A DNA stretch of 64,000 nt from Bdellovibrionales bacterium (GTDB taxonomy: Bacteria > Bdellovibrionota_G > JALEGL01 > JAGRMV01), in the NCBI GenBank assembly GCA_020434365.1, contig JAGRAX010000001.1, positions 8,568 to 72,567 of the forward strand. Direction: 5' to 3'. A model generated the notes under the pieces. The model was given only the letters and a program-made list of their open reading frames with translations, did not search any database and was not told the DNA's origin. The first letter of the stretch is position 1; each line of letters opens with the position of its first letter. A program made the position numbers and the translations under genes. Positions 18,394 through 28,059 of this stretch are shown here, piece after piece.

Positions 18394-19199
18394 AATTGAG
18401 GCTTTCGAAGGTGCAGCAAAAAATTCTCAAGACCCAGTTGGATATTTCCATATCGATGGTAGATGCTAGATTCCAATTCTAGACATTGAACATACTGAGT
18501 TTCCCAGTGATAAAAGAGGCTGCTATCCCTATGGGCTTGTAAGATTTGTCGCAGTTTTTTTTGGAGAAAGAAAAAAAACTCCCTAAGCTCTTCTCGATCC
18601 TTAGAAAAACTCTGAGAAAAATCTAAGATCTCTTTGGCCGAAACCTTCTGGTCCAAATCATTAATGTGTTCTAGTGCCTGCCCCCAAAAGGGTGGCTCTT
18701 TTTCTTGTTCTTGAAAAAAATGCACATTTGGGAACTGCACTGAAAAGCAGCGAGAGGTGATGGTCTTAAGCATCGAGCTTTCATTGGGCGCAGAAAGAAA
18801 GAGCGTGAGATAACTTGGCGGCTCTTCTAAAATTTTTAGGAGCGCGTTGGACGCCGCGGGATTGAGCCTTTCGGCTTCGGGTATACTTAGAACTTTGCTC
18901 GCGTTTTCTATGGGGCTACGATGGGCCCACTTCGAAAACTCTCGAACATCATCGACTTTGATCTGCGCTGCCTCACTTTGTAGACAATAAAAATCAGGGT
19001 GCGAAAGGTTTATAATTTTACTTGCTACTTTTTGTTTTCGTTCTGGGTCCTTCTCTTCTAGAGCCAGCAAATAGACCGCAAGATCTAAGACACATCGCGC
19101 TTTGAGTTCTGTATCTAGACCCAAAAAAAGAAATGCGTGGTGCAATCGGCCTTTTTTATGCATTTCTATGATACGTTCTGTAAGCAGTGACATTACCAA
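18390..19199 (-). CDS. holB: DNA polymerase III delta-prime subunit
   Basis: 269 aa with ..LHHAFLFLG.. and ..ASNALLKILEEPP..TLFLSAPNESSMLKTITSRC... It sits in a tmk-holB-tatD arrangement. Confidence 0.8.
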   Translation of the reverse strand: MVMSLLTERIIEMHKKGRLHHAFLFLGLDTELKARCVLDLAVYLLALEEKDPERKQKVASKIINLSHPDFYCLQSEAAQIKVDDVREFSKWAHRSPIENASKVLSIPEAERLNPAASNALLKILEEPPSYLTLFLSAPNESSMLKTITSRCFSVQFPNVHFFQEQEKEPPFWGQALEHINDLDQKVSAKEILDFSQSFSKDREELREFFFFLQKKLRQILQAHRDSSLFYHWETQYVQCLELESSIYHRYGNIQLGLENFLLHLRKPQL

Positions 19200-19822
19200 G
19201 AAGCTTTCCGGTCAATACTTTGAATCAATTGCTGAGATAAAAGAGTTGAATCTTGTGTGCCGTCAAACTCTTTGATCCTGTCAGATTGTTTCTTGCATAA
19301 ATCTTGATACCCTTGTCTCACCTTTTCATGAAATCTTTGATCTTGTTTTTCAAAACGATCCTTGTTTCCACTTTGCCGTTGGTCTACTCGCTCAAGAGAA
19401 AGCTCGACAGGAATATCCAAAAAAATTGTGAGATCTGGAACGAGACCTTGAGTGGCAAATGCATTGATCTGATGCACGGTATCTACATCCAAATCCCGAC
19501 CCGCAGATTGATAGGCCACGGAAGAGTCCATATAGCGATCACACAAAATCAAATCGTATTTTCCCATGGATGGAAGCAGCAATTCTTGAACATGTTGAGC
19601 TCTGGCTGCAGATACAAGCAAAAACTCGCAGCGATCGCTCATTTTTTCTTCTTGTGTAAAAAGCGCGCGCATGCGCTCTCCCAACTTGGTCCCTCCCGGC
19701 TCACGCGTAGACAAAACAGAACGGCCCTGGGCCTGATAGTGCTTTTGCAGAAGTGAAATTTGCGTGGATTTCCCGCTACCTTCTATGCCTTCGAAGCTGA
19801 CAAACAGCGTCTTCGATGACAT
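19193..19822 (-). CDS. tmk: thymidylate kinase
   Basis: 209 aa with a P-loop FVSFEGIEGSGKST and the ..REPGGT.. motif. Confidence 0.9.
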   Translation of the reverse strand: MSSKTLFVSFEGIEGSGKSTQISLLQKHYQAQGRSVLSTREPGGTKLGERMRALFTQEEKMSDRCEFLLVSAARAQHVQELLLPSMGKYDLILCDRYMDSSVAYQSAGRDLDVDTVHQINAFATQGLVPDLTIFLDIPVELSLERVDQRQSGNKDRFEKQDQRFHEKVRQGYQDLCKKQSDRIKEFDGTQDSTLLSQQLIQSIDRKASW

Positions 19823-19992
19823 CAGAAAGAATTAGGAAAGAGGTCCGAGAATAGAATCAAGCGAAGGAGTCGTACCCTTAGATCGAAGCTCACGCTTGCG
19901 ATCTTTACCCGCACGACGGTCTTTGCGTTTTCGAATCTTTTTTGTTTTTCGATAAGGCGATGCCATAACCCGACGCTTATAGTCTTTTTTGA

Positions 19993-20637
19993 CTAAGGAT
20001 GCAAGATGAAGCCTTCAATTTTTTTTCGCTTAAGGTGAGATAGGCTTTTTTGTGCCATGAGCTGCGTGGCATAGGGTCCCAGCCAGACCTTGAACAGGCT
20101 ATTTTCTTCATAAATTCCAATATTTACATCCCCTACCCGGTCTTCCATGCTCTGCGAGTATTTCTCGGCTGAGCCCTGACTCGAAAAACTTCCCAGCTGG
20201 ATGTAGGTCATGTTGCGCGCGCTTTGACGGGGTTTTTTCTCAATTTCGATCAATACTTTGGCCGTTCCACTCCCGATCATATCGATCTTTTCCGCAGCTC
20301 TTCGAGACAAATCAATCACGCGTCCTCGAACAAAGGGGCCACGGTCATTGACTTTGACCACCACGCTTTTTCCATTGCTCAGATTGGTCACGCGAACCCA
20401 TGTATGAAATGGAAGTGTCTTATGCGCCGCCGTCAATTTGTATTGATCATAGACTTCACCCGACGCAGTTTTTCGCCCGTGAAATTTTCCACCATACCAC
20501 GAAGCGTATCCATGAAGTTGCGATTTGGAAGTTCCCTGAGGGATCTGCGTTTTCGAATAACACCCGCTTAACAAAGCCATCCACAGACAAATCAAGAGGC
20601 CAAAGATTTTGTGTCCTTTTTTTGTTTTCAGCTTCAA
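19993..20637 (-). CDS. rlpA: septal ring lytic transglycosylase RlpA family lipoprotein (DPBB plus SPOR domains)
   Basis: 214 aa with lipobox LSGC. The DPBB signature is ..[44 protein letters not shown].. and a C-terminal SPOR-like domain follows. Confidence 0.8.
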   Translation of the reverse strand: MKLKTKKGHKIFGLLICLWMALLSGCYSKTQIPQGTSKSQLHGYASWYGGKFHGRKTASGEVYDQYKLTAAHKTLPFHTWVRVTNLSNGKSVVVKVNDRGPFVRGRVIDLSRRAAEKIDMIGSGTAKVLIEIEKKPRQSARNMTYIQLGSFSSQGSAEKYSQSMEDRVGDVNIGIYEENSLFKVWLGPYATQLMAQKSLSHLKRKKIEGFILHP

Positions 20638-20690
20638 ACTTTGCTACCCTACCGATCTACGATCAAGTTTACAAGAATTGAAGGTCAAAA

Positions 20691-21116
20691 ATGAAGCGCG
20701 CGCACTACATTCATCGCTTTGGAGCCAAGGCCATAGACTTAGGTCCATTTTTATTTTTCTATGGGGATCTATCTTTTTTTTGGCTTCTGCTTGCTGGCGC
20801 TTACATTGCATGTGCCGATGGCCTATTTAAGGGACAGAGCATAGGAAAACGCATTGTGGGTCTTCGAACCTTAGAAATCATAGATCCTGTAGATCATAAA
20901 ACACAAGCTTGTTCTTACTTGGCTTCGGCCATTCGTAACAGTCCCTTTGTCCTCATGCTTTTTTTGGGAAAAATTCCGCTTCTCAATATTTTATTTTGGT
21001 TGGTGGGCGGCCTCTTTGTGTTGGTCGAAATGTATTTTATTTACACCGATGAGGAGAGCACACGCATTGGTGACATCTATGCAAAAACGCAAGTCGTGGA
21101 AGCCGATCACTATTAA
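20691..21116 (+). CDS. RDD-family membrane protein
   Basis: 141 aa with an R..A..ID N-terminal motif and two or three TM segments. Confidence 0.5.
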   Translation: MKRAHYIHRFGAKAIDLGPFLFFYGDLSFFWLLLAGAYIACADGLFKGQSIGKRIVGLRTLEIIDPVDHKTQACSYLASAIRNSPFVLMLFLGKIPLLNILFWLVGGLFVLVEMYFIYTDEESTRIGDIYAKTQVVEADHY

Positions 21117-21142
21117 GGCCCGTAAGCATAAAATTTTCGTGA

Positions 21143-21835
21143 ATGAACGTCGGCACTAGAACATTATCATCGATAACTTTGATCGTTTTTTTCTGCATCT
21201 TGCAAGCCTGCGGGAAAAATTCTAAGCCTTCTTCTGTTTCATCCTCCAAGAAAAATACTTCCCTACGCATTGTGTGGATTACTTCTCTAGAACATGATCC
21301 ATGGTTTGATTCATTTCAAAAGTGTTTTTCTCATCAAAAAAATATTGTGCTTGTGAAAAAAAAAGAAGGCTCTGATCTTTATGATGCGTCGATGACCTTG
21401 ATCCCGGGAAAACTACCCTCACTGAAAGTAAAAAATAGCGCTTCTCCCGAAGGAAAAATGTTTTCCATGGATGAGAACCCAAGCTGTGAAACCTGGCAAT
21501 ATCTTGCAGGCTTTGTATTGATTTTTTCTTCGCCTCCCGGTGCAAATGTTTTTGTTGATGGAATGCAAAGACCTTCCGCACCGAGCTGGGCATTTGTAGA
21601 CAAGGGAACTCATGAACTTCGCTGCAGCTCCAAAGATCAAAGCTTCCGACAAAAGAATTTTTCTTTCCCCGAAAATCTACGACTCCTATGCGAAAGAGAG
21701 AACACTCAAACCACAACTCAAGAAGTGATGGACTTTGGCTCCGAAGATCAGGAAAAAAAGACAGCCTGGATCATGTATGTTTTTTTGGCCTTGGGCGCTG
21801 TAGGCAGTTTTCTTCTTCCTCTATTTATTTTCTAA
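21143..21835 (+). CDS. PEGA-domain lipoprotein with a C-terminal TM anchor
   Basis: 230 aa with lipobox LQAC and a PEGA-like segment (..SPPGANVFVDGMQ...KGTHELRCS..), ending in a hydrophobic helix. Confidence 0.45.
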   Translation: MNVGTRTLSSITLIVFFCILQACGKNSKPSSVSSSKKNTSLRIVWITSLEHDPWFDSFQKCFSHQKNIVLVKKKEGSDLYDASMTLIPGKLPSLKVKNSASPEGKMFSMDENPSCETWQYLAGFVLIFSSPPGANVFVDGMQRPSAPSWAFVDKGTHELRCSSKDQSFRQKNFSFPENLRLLCERENTQTTTQEVMDFGSEDQEKKTAWIMYVFLALGAVGSFLLPLFIF

Positions 21836-21845
21836 GGGTTTTGCT

Positions 21846-23399
21846 TTAGGGAACGATCAAACTTGTACCCGGATGAAGTGTGGCTTTTGGGCTTATTTGA
21901 TTGATCTGCGCCAAACTTGCTACCGTAATCCCATGCTTTCGAGAGATGTCCCAAAGAGAGTCTCCTTTTTGAACAAGATATTGCCTTTTGGGCTCATCTG
22001 ATTGCAATGAAGCATCGAGACCTTGGGAAGCATCACCTTTCACACGAATCCACTGACCTGGCCTGAGATCACGAGGACTCGTGATACCGTTCCATTGTTT
22101 CAAATTCGTTACGGTAACTCCGAAACTTTTGGCCAGATCCCACAAAGTGTCTCCATATTGAACTTTATACATTCCCTTTGCATTGGAATGATAGACTTTC
22201 TTGACCCTTTGAGGTGAGCGCGTAGTTCCTTGATTGGGAATGGGAATCACCAATTTTTGTCCGGCGCGAATTTGATGCGCTGACCGAAGGTTGTTGTAGC
22301 TCACAATGCTATACGTAGATACACCGTACTTTCTTGCAATCACTGAAAGTGCTTCACCTGAACGAACGCGATGAACCATCACATCTGTATATTCGTACTC
22401 TGGCAACTCCCCTAAGGCTGCAAGCAAGATCTCCCCTGTTCCTACAGGAACATGAAGTTCATACTGATCATACTTTGGAGGCGTAACGTCTCTCAAAAGG
22501 TCTGGATTGAGAAAGCGCAGATCTTGCACCGTAACCTCAATGGCTTTGGCGATATGTTTGAGTTCGATGGGTTTGGAAACAGGCACTCGGTCATAACTGA
22601 TAGGCTCTTCATAATGGATATCCGTAAACCCATAATGTTCTGGATTTGACGCAATCATCGCCGCTGCAAGCATTTTGGGAACATAGTTTTTGGTTTCTGG
22701 TTTTAGATATCGATATTTTGATATTTCCCAGTAGTCTTCTGTGCGATATCTAGATATAGCGCGCGCTATTTTTCCTTCGCCTGCGTTGTAACCTGCTGCA
22801 GCTAGGTACCAATGTTGAAATTCTTCATATAAATCTTTTAAATATGCAGCAGCCGCTATGGTTGATTTTTCAGGATGTCTGCGTTCATCAATCCACCAGT
22901 TGACCTTGAGTCCGTACCTCATACCTGTTCTTCGTACAAACTGCCAAGGTCCTACAGCTGCAGCTCTAGAATAAGCGTGAGGTGTAAAACCACTTTCGAT
23001 CATTGACAAATACACCAAGTTGTCGGGAAGTCCGTTTTCTCTCAGTATACTTTGCATCATCGGAATGTATCTTCCAGATCTCGCAAGCCAACGAGCAAAA
23101 GAGCCGCTACCTCGACCTTGAAAATACTCAATCCAGCGCTCGACTTTGTGATTTACCATTAGAGGCACATCAGGAATGCCCACTTCTTGGCTGGCAAACT
23201 CTTCTATTTCTTTTCGCTCCTGATCCGACATGGAACTGATCTGTGTCGTATCTTCAAGTTCTGCTCCTTGAAGTACTTGGGCAGGAGACTGTTTTGACAA
23301 AGACTGCGCTCTACGTGCTTTGATGGACTGACATCCCATACTCAAAAGCAATAAAGAGCCAAAGGCAAGGTGAAAAAATTTGCGATGATCGATCATCAT
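21846..23399 (-). CDS. mltD: membrane-bound lytic murein transglycosylase with three C-terminal LysM repeats (MltD-like)
   Basis: 517 aa with the SLT catalytic region ..YLSMIESGFTPHAYSRAAAVGPWQF... Three LysM repeats each carry Y.V..GD.L..IA or similar. Confidence 0.8.
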   Translation of the reverse strand: MMIDHRKFFHLAFGSLLLLSMGCQSIKARRAQSLSKQSPAQVLQGAELEDTTQISSMSDQERKEIEEFASQEVGIPDVPLMVNHKVERWIEYFQGRGSGSFARWLARSGRYIPMMQSILRENGLPDNLVYLSMIESGFTPHAYSRAAAVGPWQFVRRTGMRYGLKVNWWIDERRHPEKSTIAAAAYLKDLYEEFQHWYLAAAGYNAGEGKIARAISRYRTEDYWEISKYRYLKPETKNYVPKMLAAAMIASNPEHYGFTDIHYEEPISYDRVPVSKPIELKHIAKAIEVTVQDLRFLNPDLLRDVTPPKYDQYELHVPVGTGEILLAALGELPEYEYTDVMVHRVRSGEALSVIARKYGVSTYSIVSYNNLRSAHQIRAGQKLVIPIPNQGTTRSPQRVKKVYHSNAKGMYKVQYGDTLWDLAKSFGVTVTNLKQWNGITSPRDLRPGQWIRVKGDASQGLDASLQSDEPKRQYLVQKGDSLWDISRKHGITVASLAQINQISPKATLHPGTSLIVP

Positions 23400-23636
23400 G
23401 GTTCCTTACAGTAAAATAACTACAAAAAAATAAAACAACATCAATTTAAATACAGGGCTTTTGGCCCGATGCATTGATTTGTAAAAAATCCTACATCAAA
23501 ACTCAAAGAGTAAAGAAAGTCCTCTAGACTGTCAACCACATGCGGCTTTCAAAAACACTGATCCATGGAAGAGAATATCAAAGCTTTTGAATGGCGTGAA
23601 AGCTAGGCATTTGTATCGACAAATGCATCGACATTT

Positions 23637-26366
23637 TTGGGCCCCTCCCCTATGATGTGCAGCGTTTTGATTCGAAAAATTGTATTGGTTTTGGGCTGCG
23701 TCCTGCAAAGCTTCTGGGCACAAGCGTCTTCTCTTTCTGTTCACTATGACTTGAAAGTACAGATGCTCGATCCTAAAAGTCGTACTCTTGAGATTGAGCA
23801 AATCTCGACCATCGAAAACCATGGAAACAAAGAACATTCTCAGCTTACATGGCTGGTGTATCCCAACCGCTTTCAAAAACCTCTGCCTCATTTGGGAGAT
23901 CTCAACTATCACCGCATTTATCCACATGGCTTTTCAAAAGGTGAGATTGTATTTTCTCACATCTCTGTACCAGGACAGAAAAGCGCTGACCTTAAGGATT
24001 CTTTTTCAACCATATCTTTTTTGAATATGCCCAAAGGCATCGCCTACACTCAGCGCTTGGACAAAACGTTAAAACCCCAAGAGTCCATCACAGTCAAAAT
24101 GAACTATAAGCTAATCATCCCCAACAAACTTGGTTCTTTTGGTTTTTATCGCGATATCTTGACCCTCTCGGGAGGATGGACACCTTACCTTGCATCACTT
24201 AACCAAAACGAAGAATTTGATCTGCGCGCTCCACCAGAAAAGAGTTCTTGGAACATCAACATTGATAGCGCCTGGCCTTTTGTGATCAAACACAAGTACT
24301 ATCCAAAAGGACAACATCATATCGAAATGAAAGAAGTTTCTCAGGTGAATATGCAAAGCTCGCCTCGTTTTTTTTCTTATCAAACTACGCATGCAGGTCG
24401 TACTGTGGAAGTTTTTTATCCAAAGAAAAAAAATCGAAAAATTCAAAAAAACATGGAGATTTTTTTGCTGGAATTTTTACGCTACGTAGAAAAAAATTCA
24501 CAGCTCTTTGCACAAAGTCCTCATAGGCTTTCACTTTCTCAAGCACCTCTACGAGAGATGCTTGCAGTACAAACATCCGGAAGTTCTTATTTTTCAGATC
24601 GTACATTTAAAACTGTTGAGTTTTTGCGTAGCTTTCACACTTTTCCACTACTGCAAACTCTTTTTGGTCAATTGGTCTACGACAAAACCCATCGTCTCGA
24701 AAGCAATCTAGATGCTCTATGGGTCACAGAACTTTTAGCTCAAAAATTGACTCAAGAGTTTATTGCCTATCAAAAATATCAGCACACTGATGCACGAGAC
24801 ATTCAGGCCATCAAAACCTTAAGTATCTTTCCCATTGTAGATCAGGTCATTCATTCCCCGCAGTTTGCTTTTTTTGATGTTTTTTATGATTTTGCCTACC
24901 CTTATGACCCTGTCCGAGATGATTTTTTACGCTTCAATCATCGAAGAGCTTATGGAAGGTCTATGATGTCCAACATGGAGGATGTTGTTGGAGAAGAGCT
25001 TGTAGAAAAAACCATATATCAATACCTAGTTTCGTCTGAAAAAAACTTTATGCGTCTTTTGCAAGAGCACGAAGATGATGACCTTGGAAAATCTTTTTCG
25101 CAATGGATTGCGCCACGTCCTCCCATCAACTACAAATTGAGTTTTAGAAATACAGAAAAAAAAGATGGCCAGCTTTTCCATCAAGTTTCACTCATCAAAG
25201 AAGGTCCCAAAGATTTTGTCGAACCTGTTGAGCTACGAGTCAAAACAAAAGGCAAAGATCAACTTCTCATATGGGATGGGGAGGGAAGCACACATGAATT
25301 TGAATTTCAAAGTACGTATCCGATAAAACTGTTAGAGATTGACCCCAGACGCAGACTCCTAGAAACTGATCTTTCTGACAATCGAAAACCTGCCAAAAGA
25401 AAATTTGTTCTAACTGAAAGTTATTTCAATTATGACGTGGTAGCAGAACAGCCTCAAATTTTTATTGCGGGGCAGTTGCGAAAAACTCATGGAGGTGCCA
25501 ATCGCTTTAACGTTCGAGCTACGTATCTCAAAGATATCTATGGAGTGAATTTTTCCTATCTCAGACTTTTTGGAAGTTCTTTGGATCACATACGTTTGAG
25601 CCATGGAATCAGCGCTGGTATTTCCATCAATCGCATCGCAGATGATTTCGCGCTGGTCGATGCTGGATCTGGACCCACTGCAGTTCAAATCGGACAAGAA
25701 GGTTGGATCACTTCGGTCACCAGTTCCTATCTCTATGGAAATCAGGTGTCTTTTACCAACCCTCTGGAGGGTGGATACGGCTCTGTAAGTCTAAACCTTG
25801 GAACCACAATCCTGGGAGGGGATTCAAATTATTACCGCATTTCGACCCATCACGCATGGATTCTTCCTCTTCATCCCAATCATTTTCTCGCTTTTCGGGG
25901 ACAATTTGGAACCTCAGGACAAAGCGGCGTACCTAGCCAAGTGCAATTTCGCTTGGGGGGTATCGATGCAATGAGAGGTCTTCCACTAGACGACAATCGA
26001 TTTACAGGTCGTCACCTTCTCCTGTTGACTGGAGAGTATCGCCACTTTCTCTATCAAGACTTTGATGTTAATTTTTGGCTCTTTCGAGTTCGATCCATTC
26101 AGGGAGCTTTGTTTAGCAATGCGGGGCGTGTCACACACACCACTGAAGAAAAAGCCCTGCATTTGATTGACTCTACTTCTTCTGTTTCGGGGCTGGCCGA
26201 CTTATTTAGACCTGATCAGATGCTTGTAGATGTTGGATATGGTTTACGTTTTCACATTGAGTACTTTGGAGTTTCTCCAAGCCTCTTAACCTTTGACATT
26301 GCCCGCAGCATTTCTGATCTGGGAACAGGTCTACAATTTTATTTGGGCGTAACTCAAACTTTTTAA
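23637..26366 (+). CDS. large outer-membrane protein with an Omp85/BamA-like C-terminal beta-barrel and a ~600-aa N-terminal region of unknown function
   Basis: 909 aa with a signal peptide. The C-terminal region (..RLGGIDAMRGLPLDDNRFTGRHLLLLTGEYR.., ending ..LQFYLGVTQTF) resembles the bacterial surface antigen (D15) barrel. Confidence 0.45.
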   Translation: MGPSPMMCSVLIRKIVLVLGCVLQSFWAQASSLSVHYDLKVQMLDPKSRTLEIEQISTIENHGNKEHSQLTWLVYPNRFQKPLPHLGDLNYHRIYPHGFSKGEIVFSHISVPGQKSADLKDSFSTISFLNMPKGIAYTQRLDKTLKPQESITVKMNYKLIIPNKLGSFGFYRDILTLSGGWTPYLASLNQNEEFDLRAPPEKSSWNINIDSAWPFVIKHKYYPKGQHHIEMKEVSQVNMQSSPRFFSYQTTHAGRTVEVFYPKKKNRKIQKNMEIFLLEFLRYVEKNSQLFAQSPHRLSLSQAPLREMLAVQTSGSSYFSDRTFKTVEFLRSFHTFPLLQTLFGQLVYDKTHRLESNLDALWVTELLAQKLTQEFIAYQKYQHTDARDIQAIKTLSIFPIVDQVIHSPQFAFFDVFYDFAYPYDPVRDDFLRFNHRRAYGRSMMSNMEDVVGEELVEKTIYQYLVSSEKNFMRLLQEHEDDDLGKSFSQWIAPRPPINYKLSFRNTEKKDGQLFHQVSLIKEGPKDFVEPVELRVKTKGKDQLLIWDGEGSTHEFEFQSTYPIKLLEIDPRRRLLETDLSDNRKPAKRKFVLTESYFNYDVVAEQPQIFIAGQLRKTHGGANRFNVRATYLKDIYGVNFSYLRLFGSSLDHIRLSHGISAGISINRIADDFALVDAGSGPTAVQIGQEGWITSVTSSYLYGNQVSFTNPLEGGYGSVSLNLGTTILGGDSNYYRISTHHAWILPLHPNHFLAFRGQFGTSGQSGVPSQVQFRLGGIDAMRGLPLDDNRFTGRHLLLLTGEYRHFLYQDFDVNFWLFRVRSIQGALFSNAGRVTHTTEEKALHLIDSTSSVSGLADLFRPDQMLVDVGYGLRFHIEYFGVSPSLLTFDIARSISDLGTGLQFYLGVTQTF

Positions 26367-26386
26367 GTTACGCCAAGCGAAAACTT

Positions 26387-27457
26387 TTATGCTGTAATCG
26401 AAGAAGTTTGCTTACGTGAAGTTGTTTTTCTTGCGCTACTCTTGCGACGACTTTTTGTTTTGATTTTACTTACCGTATCGCTTGTTTTTTTGCTTTTGGT
26501 TTTTGAAGTGGATGTTTTTTCTGTTGGTGCTTTTGCAAGATAAATTTTTTCAATGGATTTTCTAAACTTGGGGTCTTTTGCATCTTTTCGAATTGCATCC
26601 AAAATGGACAAGGTCTTTTTTGGGTCCCTGCTGTTAAATACTTCTCCATTGGCATTGAGCTGAATGTAGGGTTGTGCTCGTTTCTTTTCCAACTCTACCC
26701 TTGAAACAAAAGAGATGCTTCCAACAGCTTGAGGAAATCGAAAGGCCAAATTGGATGGCTCTTGGTCAAACTCCACTACACGTTCCAAAATTTGATAATT
26801 ATCAATCATTTTTTTGGCATCTAAAACCGTCATGGTTTTTTTGTTTTCGTAGGGATCTTCATTTTCATTTTGTGCATCGTATTCAATAAAACGAATGTGT
26901 ACTTTACGTTCTCGGGTCATTCGTGCGATTTCTACAATTTCATCTTCGTTGATGCCTTTAAGCAAAAGAATATTGAGAACAATGTCGCTGTATTTTAGTT
27001 TCTCAACTTTATCGATACCGTCCAATACACGATACAAACTATCATGACCGGTAATGCGCTGATACTTCATAAAGTGAAGCGTATCAAAATTGACATCCAC
27101 TTTTTTAAGGCCCATTTTTCGCAAAGGATCTGCATAAGCTTTGAGATATGTACCGTTGGTAATCAAGCGAACGTCTTGAATTTTTTTGTTTGCATGTGCA
27201 GCTTTCACAAAACTTGGAGCATCTTTTCTAAGAAGCGGTTCTGCGCCTTCGATAAGTACTCGATTGATTCCAAACTCACCTACGATTTTTACAAATTTAT
27301 TTACGTCCGAAGCGCTCAAAGATTTTTTGAGCTCGAAAAATTCTTTGTCGTGTTCCAAAGCTTTGCAATAAAAACAATTTAAATTGCATTCCCCCGTGAT
27401 GGATAGTTTTAAGGTCCGAATGTCTCCCAGAGGTTCAAAATGCTTTGTTGCAGCCAC
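26387..27457 (-). CDS. MoaA-like radical-SAM protein lacking the C-terminal auxiliary-cluster cysteines, with a Lys/Ser/Thr-rich basic tail
   Basis: 356 aa. The CX3CX2C motif LSITGECNLNCFYC is clearly MoaA-like, as are ..GAEPLL.. and the twitch-like ..IRFIEY... The C-terminal 60 aa are a KTSTSKTKSKK..SRRKSSARK low-complexity tail. Confidence 0.7.
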   Translation of the reverse strand: MAATKHFEPLGDIRTLKLSITGECNLNCFYCKALEHDKEFFELKKSLSASDVNKFVKIVGEFGINRVLIEGAEPLLRKDAPSFVKAAHANKKIQDVRLITNGTYLKAYADPLRKMGLKKVDVNFDTLHFMKYQRITGHDSLYRVLDGIDKVEKLKYSDIVLNILLLKGINEDEIVEIARMTRERKVHIRFIEYDAQNENEDPYENKKTMTVLDAKKMIDNYQILERVVEFDQEPSNLAFRFPQAVGSISFVSRVELEKKRAQPYIQLNANGEVFNSRDPKKTLSILDAIRKDAKDPKFRKSIEKIYLAKAPTEKTSTSKTKSKKTSDTVSKIKTKSRRKSSARKTTSRKQTSSITA

Positions 27458-27609
27458 AAATACGCTCCTTAGTTATAAATTCGAAGAACATCAAAGTTGA
27501 TGTGCCAATCCGGCATTGAAACCGATCCTATATAGAAATTCAAAACTCTTTGTCAAGCTTTGCTTTTTTTGACGCGCTGAACCTCTTTATTTTTGACGTC
27601 TTGGAGAAA

Positions 27610-27954
27610 TTACTCTTTTTTTAATTTTTTGTACTTTCTGAAAAGCTTTGAAATGATCTGTTTGCCAGCATCATTGAGCTCCATAAACTGAATGCCCATG
27701 CCTTTTCTTTTGCTGGGGTCTTTTTCAACCCACTTTACAATTCCGGTACCTTGGATGCTCTCTTCTTGGTTTTTGACGCGAAACTCAAAATTAAGCTTGG
27801 TCCCTATGGGTTTTGGACTGTTTGTGACCAGGAACAATCCGCCTTCACTTAAATTTTCTAGGAGAACTTGATCCCGTTGATCTTCTTGCGCGAAAAGAAT
27901 CTTTACGTTGCTCTCTAAAAAAATACGGGCAAATTTACGGCGTTCATCAGACAT
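27610..27954 (-). CDS. PilZ-domain protein
   Basis: 114 aa with RxxxR (RKFAR) and NxSxxG (NLSEGG) motifs. Confidence 0.8.
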   Translation of the reverse strand: MSDERRKFARIFLESNVKILFAQEDQRDQVLLENLSEGGLFLVTNSPKPIGTKLNFEFRVKNQEESIQGTGIVKWVEKDPSKRKGMGIQFMELNDAGKQIISKLFRKYKKLKKE

Positions 27955-28059
27955 CAGCGGTACTTTCCTCTATTCCTTATGCTCAATTGGTGATAGTCTC
28001 CTAAGCTACTTGAAGGCATAAGTATCAACAATCAGTAGTATAAAATCATTGTAAGTCAG

